From the human T2T-CHM13v2.0 reference genome, Homo sapiens, in assembly GCF_009914755.1 (NCBI RefSeq), contig NC_060939.1: a stretch of 64,000 nt of DNA. One strand, 5' to 3'. The stretch's first letter is position 1, and each line of letters opens with the position of its first letter. This document shows, piece by piece, positions 58,890-64,000 of the stretch. The notes under the pieces were generated by a model that was given only the letters and a program-made list of their open reading frames with translations, had not been told where the DNA came from and made no database searches. The position numbers and the translations under genes were made by a program.

Positions 58890-61765
58890 CCTTTCTTTGT
58901 GATGCGTTAGTTCATCTCACAGAGTTGAACATTTCTTTTGATTGAGCAGTTTGGAAATACTCTTATTGTAGAATCTGCAAGTAGAACATTGGAGGGCTCT
59001 GCGGCCTATGTTAGAAAAGGAAATATCTTCAAATAAAATCTAGACAGAAGCAATCTCAGAAACTACTTTGTGATGTGTGCATTCACCTCACAGAGTTAAA
59101 CCTTTCTTTTGATTAAACAGTCTATAAAATCTCTTTTTGTAGAATCTGCAAGTGAACATTTGGAGTGCTTTGAGGCCTATGGTGGGAAAGGAAACATCTT
59201 CACATAAAAACTAGACAGAAGAATTATGAGAAACTTCTTTGTGATGCCTGAGTTCATCTCACAGAGTTGAAACTTTCTTTCGATTGAGCATTTTGGCAAC
59301 AATCTTTTGCAGAATCTGCAAGTGGACATTTGGAGGGCTTTGCGGCCAAAGTTACAAAAGGAAATATCTTCACATAAAATCTAGAGAGAAGCAATCTGAG
59401 GAACTTCTTTGTGACGTGTGCATTCATCCCACAGAGTTAAAACTTTCTTTTGATTGAGGAGTTTTGAAACTCTCTTTTTGTAGAATCTGCCAGTGGACAT
59501 TTTGAGGGTTTTTAGGCCTATAGTGGGAAAGGAATTATCTTCACACTAAAACTAGACAGAAGAATTCTGAGAAACTGCTTTGTGATGTGTCCATTCATCT
59601 CACAGAGTTGAAACTTTCTTTTTATTGAGCAGTTTGTAAACAATCTTTTTGTAGAATCTGCAAGTGGACATTTGGAGTGCTTTGCGCCCTATAAAAGAAA
59701 AAGAAATATCTTCAAATAAAATCAAGACAGAAGCAAACTGAGAAACTTCTTTGTGATGTGTGCATTCATCTCACAGAGTTAAAACTTTCTTTTGATTGAG
59801 CAGTTTTGAAACTCTCTTTTTGTAGAATCTGCAAGTTGACATTTGGAGCGCTCTGAGGCCTATAGTGGAAAAGGAAATATCTTCACATAAAAACTAGAAA
59901 GAAGAATTCTGAGAAACTTCTTTGTGATGTGTGCGTTCATCTCACAGAGTTGAACCTTTCTTTCTATTGAGCAGTATGGAAACACTCTTTTTGCAGAATC
60001 TGCAAGTGGACATTTGGAGTGCTTTTTTTCCTATGGCAGAAAAGGAAATATCTTCACATAAAATTCAGACAGAAATAATCTGAGAAACTTTTTTGTGATG
60101 TGCACATTCATCTCAAAGAGTTAAACCTTTCTTTTGATTGAGGAGTTTCAAAAGTCTCCTTTTGTAGAATCTGCTAGTGGACATTTGGAGCGTTTTGATG
60201 CCTATGGTGGAAAGGGAAATATCTTCACATAAAAACTACATAGAAGTATTCTGAGAAACTTCTTTGTGATGTGTGCATTCATCTCACAGAGTTGAACATT
60301 TCTTTTTATTGAGCAGTTTGGAAACACTCTTTTTGTAGAATCTGCAAGTGGACATTTGGATCACCTTGTGGCCTATGTTAGAAAAGGAAATATCTTCACA
60401 TAAAATCTAGACAGAAGCAATCAGAGAAACTTCTTTGTGATGTGGGCATTCATCTCACAGAGTTAAAACTTTCTTTTGATTGAGCAGTTTTGAAACTCTC
60501 TTTTTGTAGAAACTCCTAGTGGGCATTTGGAGTGCTTTGAGGCCTATGGTGGAAAAGGAAATAGCTTCACATAAAAACTAGACAGAAGAATTCTTAGAAA
60601 CTTCTTTTTGATGTGTGCATTCATCTCACAGAGTGGAACCTTTCTTTTGATTGAGCAGTATGGAAACACTCTTTTTGTAAAATCTGCAACTGGACATTTG
60701 GAGCATTGCACGGTTTATGGTAGAAAAGGAAATTCTTCATATAAAATCTAGACAGAAGAAATCTGGGAAACTTCTTTGTGATGTGTGCATTCATCTCACA
60801 GAGTTAAACGTTTCTTTTGATAGAGCAGTTTCAAATCTCTGTTTTTGGAGAATCTGCAAGTGGACATTTGCAACGCCTTGAGGCGTATTCTGGAAAAGGA
60901 AACATCTTCACATAAAAACTAGACAGAAGAATTCTGGGAAACTTCTTTGTGATGTGTGCATTCATCTCACAAAGTTGAAACTTTCTTTTGATTTAGCAGT
61001 TTGGAAGCACTATTTTTTCAGTGTCTGCAAGTGGACATTTGCAGCGCTTTGCTGCCTAAGGTACAAAAGGAAATATCTTCACTTGAAATCTAGAAAGAAG
61101 CAATCTGAGAAACTTCTTTGTGATGTGTGCATTCATCTTACAGAGTTGAACCTTTCTTTTGATTGAGCAGTTAGGAAACACTCTTTTTGTAGAATCTGCA
61201 AGTGGAGATTTGGAGCACTTAGCAGCCTATGGTAGGAAAGGAAATATCTTCACATAAAATCTAGACAGAAGCAATCTGAGAAACTTCTTTGTTATGTATG
61301 CATTCATCTCACGGTGTTAAACCTTTGTTGTCATTGAGTAGTTTTGAAACTCTTTTTGTAGAATCTGCAAGTGGACATTTGGAGGGCTTTGAGGGCTATG
61401 TTGAAAAGGGAAATATCTTCACATAAAAACTAGACAGAAGAATTCTGACAAACTTTTTTGTGATGCGTACATTCATCTCCCAGAGTTGAACCTTTATATT
61501 GATTGAGCAGTTTGGAAAAACTCTTTTTGTAGAATCAGCAAGTGGATATTTGGAGCGCTTTGTGGCCTATGGTAGAAAAGGAAATATCTTCACATAAAAT
61601 CGAGAAAGAAACAATCTGAGAAACTTATTTGCTATATGTACATTCATCTCACAGAGTTGAAGCTTTCTTTTGATTGAGCAGTTTGGAAACACTCTTTTTG
61701 TAAAATCTGCAGGTGGACATTTGGAACGCTTTGTGGCCTACGATAGAAAAGGAAGTATCTTCATA
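58890..61765 (+). repeat. Alpha satellite, ~17 diverged 171-bp monomers, dimeric pattern, no CENP-B box
   Basis: 171-bp periodic cattcatctcacagagtt..tttgtagaatctgcaagtggacatttggag..aaaggaaatatcttcacataaaa. Confidence 0.98.
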
Positions 61766-61767
61766 TC

Positions 61768-64000
61768 ACAAAGAGAGAGTTTTAGAACTGCTCAAACAAA
61801 AGAAATGATCAACTCTCTGTGATGAACGCACACATCACAAAGAAGTTTCTCAGAATTCTTCTGTCTAGTTTTTATGTGAAGATATTTCCTTATCCACTGC
61901 AGGCCTCAAACCGCTCCAAATATCATCTTGCAGCTTCTACAAAAAGACGGTTTCAAAACTGCTCACTCAAAAGAAAGTTTTAACTCTGTAAGATGAATGC
62001 ACACATCACAAAGTAGTTTCTCAGATTGCTTCTGTATATAATTTACGTGAAGAAGTTTCCTTTTCTACCATAGGCCCCAAAGCGCTCCAAATGTCCATTT
62101 GCAGATTCTAAAAAAAGAGTGTCTCCAAATTGCTCAATCAAAAGTAATGTTCAACTCTGTGAGAAGAACGTCCGCATCACAAAGAAGTTTCTCAGAATTA
62201 TTCTGTCTACATTTTATGTGAGGATATTTCCTTTTCCACAGCAGGCCTCAAAGTGCTCCAAATGTCCACTTGCAAATTCTACAAAAAGAGAGTTTCCAAT
62301 CTGCTCCATCAAAAGAAAACTTCAGCTCTGTGAGATGAATGCACACATCACAAAGGAGTTTCTCAGATTGCTTCTGTCTAGACATTATGTGAAGATATTT
62401 CCTTTTCCAACATTGGCCTCAAAGTGGTCCAAATATCCACTTGTAGATGCTACAAAAAGAGAGTTTCAAAACTGCTATATCAAAAGAAAAGTTTAACTCC
62501 ATGAGATGAATACACGTGTCTCAAAGAAGTTTCTCAGATTGCTTCTGTCTAGATTTTATGTGAAGATATTTCCTTTTCTACCATAGTCCGCAAAACTCTC
62601 CAAATGTCCACTGGCAGATTCTACAAAAAGAGTGTTTCCAAACTGCTCAATTGAAAGAAAGGTTCAACTATGTGAAATGAATGCACACATCACAAAGTTG
62701 TTTCTCAGAATTCTTCTGTCTAGTTTTTATGTTAAGATATTTCCTTTTCCACCATATGCCTCAAAGCGCTCCAAATATCCACTTGCGGATTCTACAAAAA
62801 CAGAGTTTCAAAACTCCTCAATCAAAAGAAAAGTTTAACTCTGTGAGATGAATGCCCACATCACAAAGAAGTTTCTCAGATTGCTTCTGTCTTCTTTTTA
62901 TGTGAAGATATTTCCTTTTCCACCACAGACCTTAAAACGTTCCAAATATCCACTTGCGGATTCTACAAAAAGACAGTTTCAAAACCGCTCACTCAAAAGA
63001 AAGTTTTAACTCTGTGAGAGGAATACACACATCACAAACTAGTTTCTCAGATTGCTTCTGTCTACAATTTATGTGAAGATGTTTCCTTTTCTACCATAGG
63101 CACCAAAGCGCTCTAAATGTCCACTTGCAGATTCTACAAAAAGAGAGTTTCAAAACTGCTCAATCAAAAGAAAGGTGTAACTCTGTGAGATGAATGCACA
63201 CATCACTCAGAGGTTTCTCAGATTGCATCTGTCTAGATTTTATGTGAGGGTATTTCATTTTCTACCACAGGCCACAAAGCTCTCCAAATATTCAATTGCA
63301 ATTTCTACAAAAAGAGAGTTTCAAAACAGCTCTATCAAAAGATAGGTTCGAATCTGTGAGTTGAATGCACACATAACAACGAAGTTTGCCGGAATACTTC
63401 TGGGTAGTTTTATCTGAAGATATTTCCTTTTCCAAAATTGACCTCAAAGCCCTTGAAATATCCACTTCCGGATTCTACAAAATAGTGTTTCAAAACTACT
63501 CAGTCAATAGAAAGTTTCAACTCTTTGTGATGAATGCACTCATCACAAAGAATTTCCGCAGAATGGTTCTGTGTAGTTTTTTTTTTTGTTGAAGATATTT
63601 CCTTTTCCATCATAGGGTGCAAAAGGCTCCAAATATCCACTTGCAGATTCTACAGAAAGAGAGAGTCAAAACTGCTGAATCAAAAGACAGCTTCAACTCT
63701 GTGAGTTGAATGCACACATAACAAGAAATTTCACAGAATGCTTCTGTGTAGTACTTATGTGAAGATATTCCCTTTTCCACAACAGGCCTCAAAGTGCTCC
63801 AAATATCCACTTGCAGATTCTACAAAAAGAGTGTTTCAAAACTGCTCAATCATAATATAGGTTCAACCCTGTGAGATGAATGCACACATCACAAAGAAGT
63901 TTCTCAGAATGCTTCTGTGTAGTTTTTATTTGAAGATATTTCCTTTTCCACTATAGGCCACAAAGGGCTCCATATATCCACTTGCAGATTCTACAAAAAG
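61768..64000 (-). repeat. Alpha satellite, ~13 monomers in the opposite orientation
   Basis: Reverse-complement motifs ccacttgcagattctacaaaaag and aactctgtgagatgaatgcacacatcac. Confidence 0.98.

Noticed and set aside
58890-64000. Active centromeric higher-order array and its short ORFs
   Set aside because: Monomers are diverged, no CENP-B boxes seen, no near-identical multimers; ORFs are satellite translations

Overview
Primate (human-like) pericentromeric segmental-duplication mosaic running into alpha satellite; no intact protein-coding gene. In order: an unprocessed FRG1 pseudogene (exons 3-9, + strand, frameshifts and broken splice sites), an orphan MLLT10 exon (- strand), nested L1/Alu/MaLR elements and a fragmented ancient ERVL-type provirus, a 75-bp x ~17 minisatellite, a TG-rich block with a solo HERV-K LTR5, a truncated Tigger1 fused to a homeobox-less DUX4/D4Z4-like fragment, two diverged 5S rDNA-type units (one with a full 5S pseudogene and intact D-box, one internally deleted), further L1/LTR sequence, and CENP-B-box-free dimeric alpha satellite with a strand switch at ~61.77 kb. 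The gene set resembles the 4q35 (FSHD-region) duplicon family, e.g. the chr20 pericentromeric copies; the exact locus and species cannot be fixed without alignment. I found no demonstrable new biological system. The best leads are the 5S/DUX4 GC-rich island, the alpha-satellite structure and a high density of template-switch scars. Family assignments come from recalled consensus sequences, not searches.
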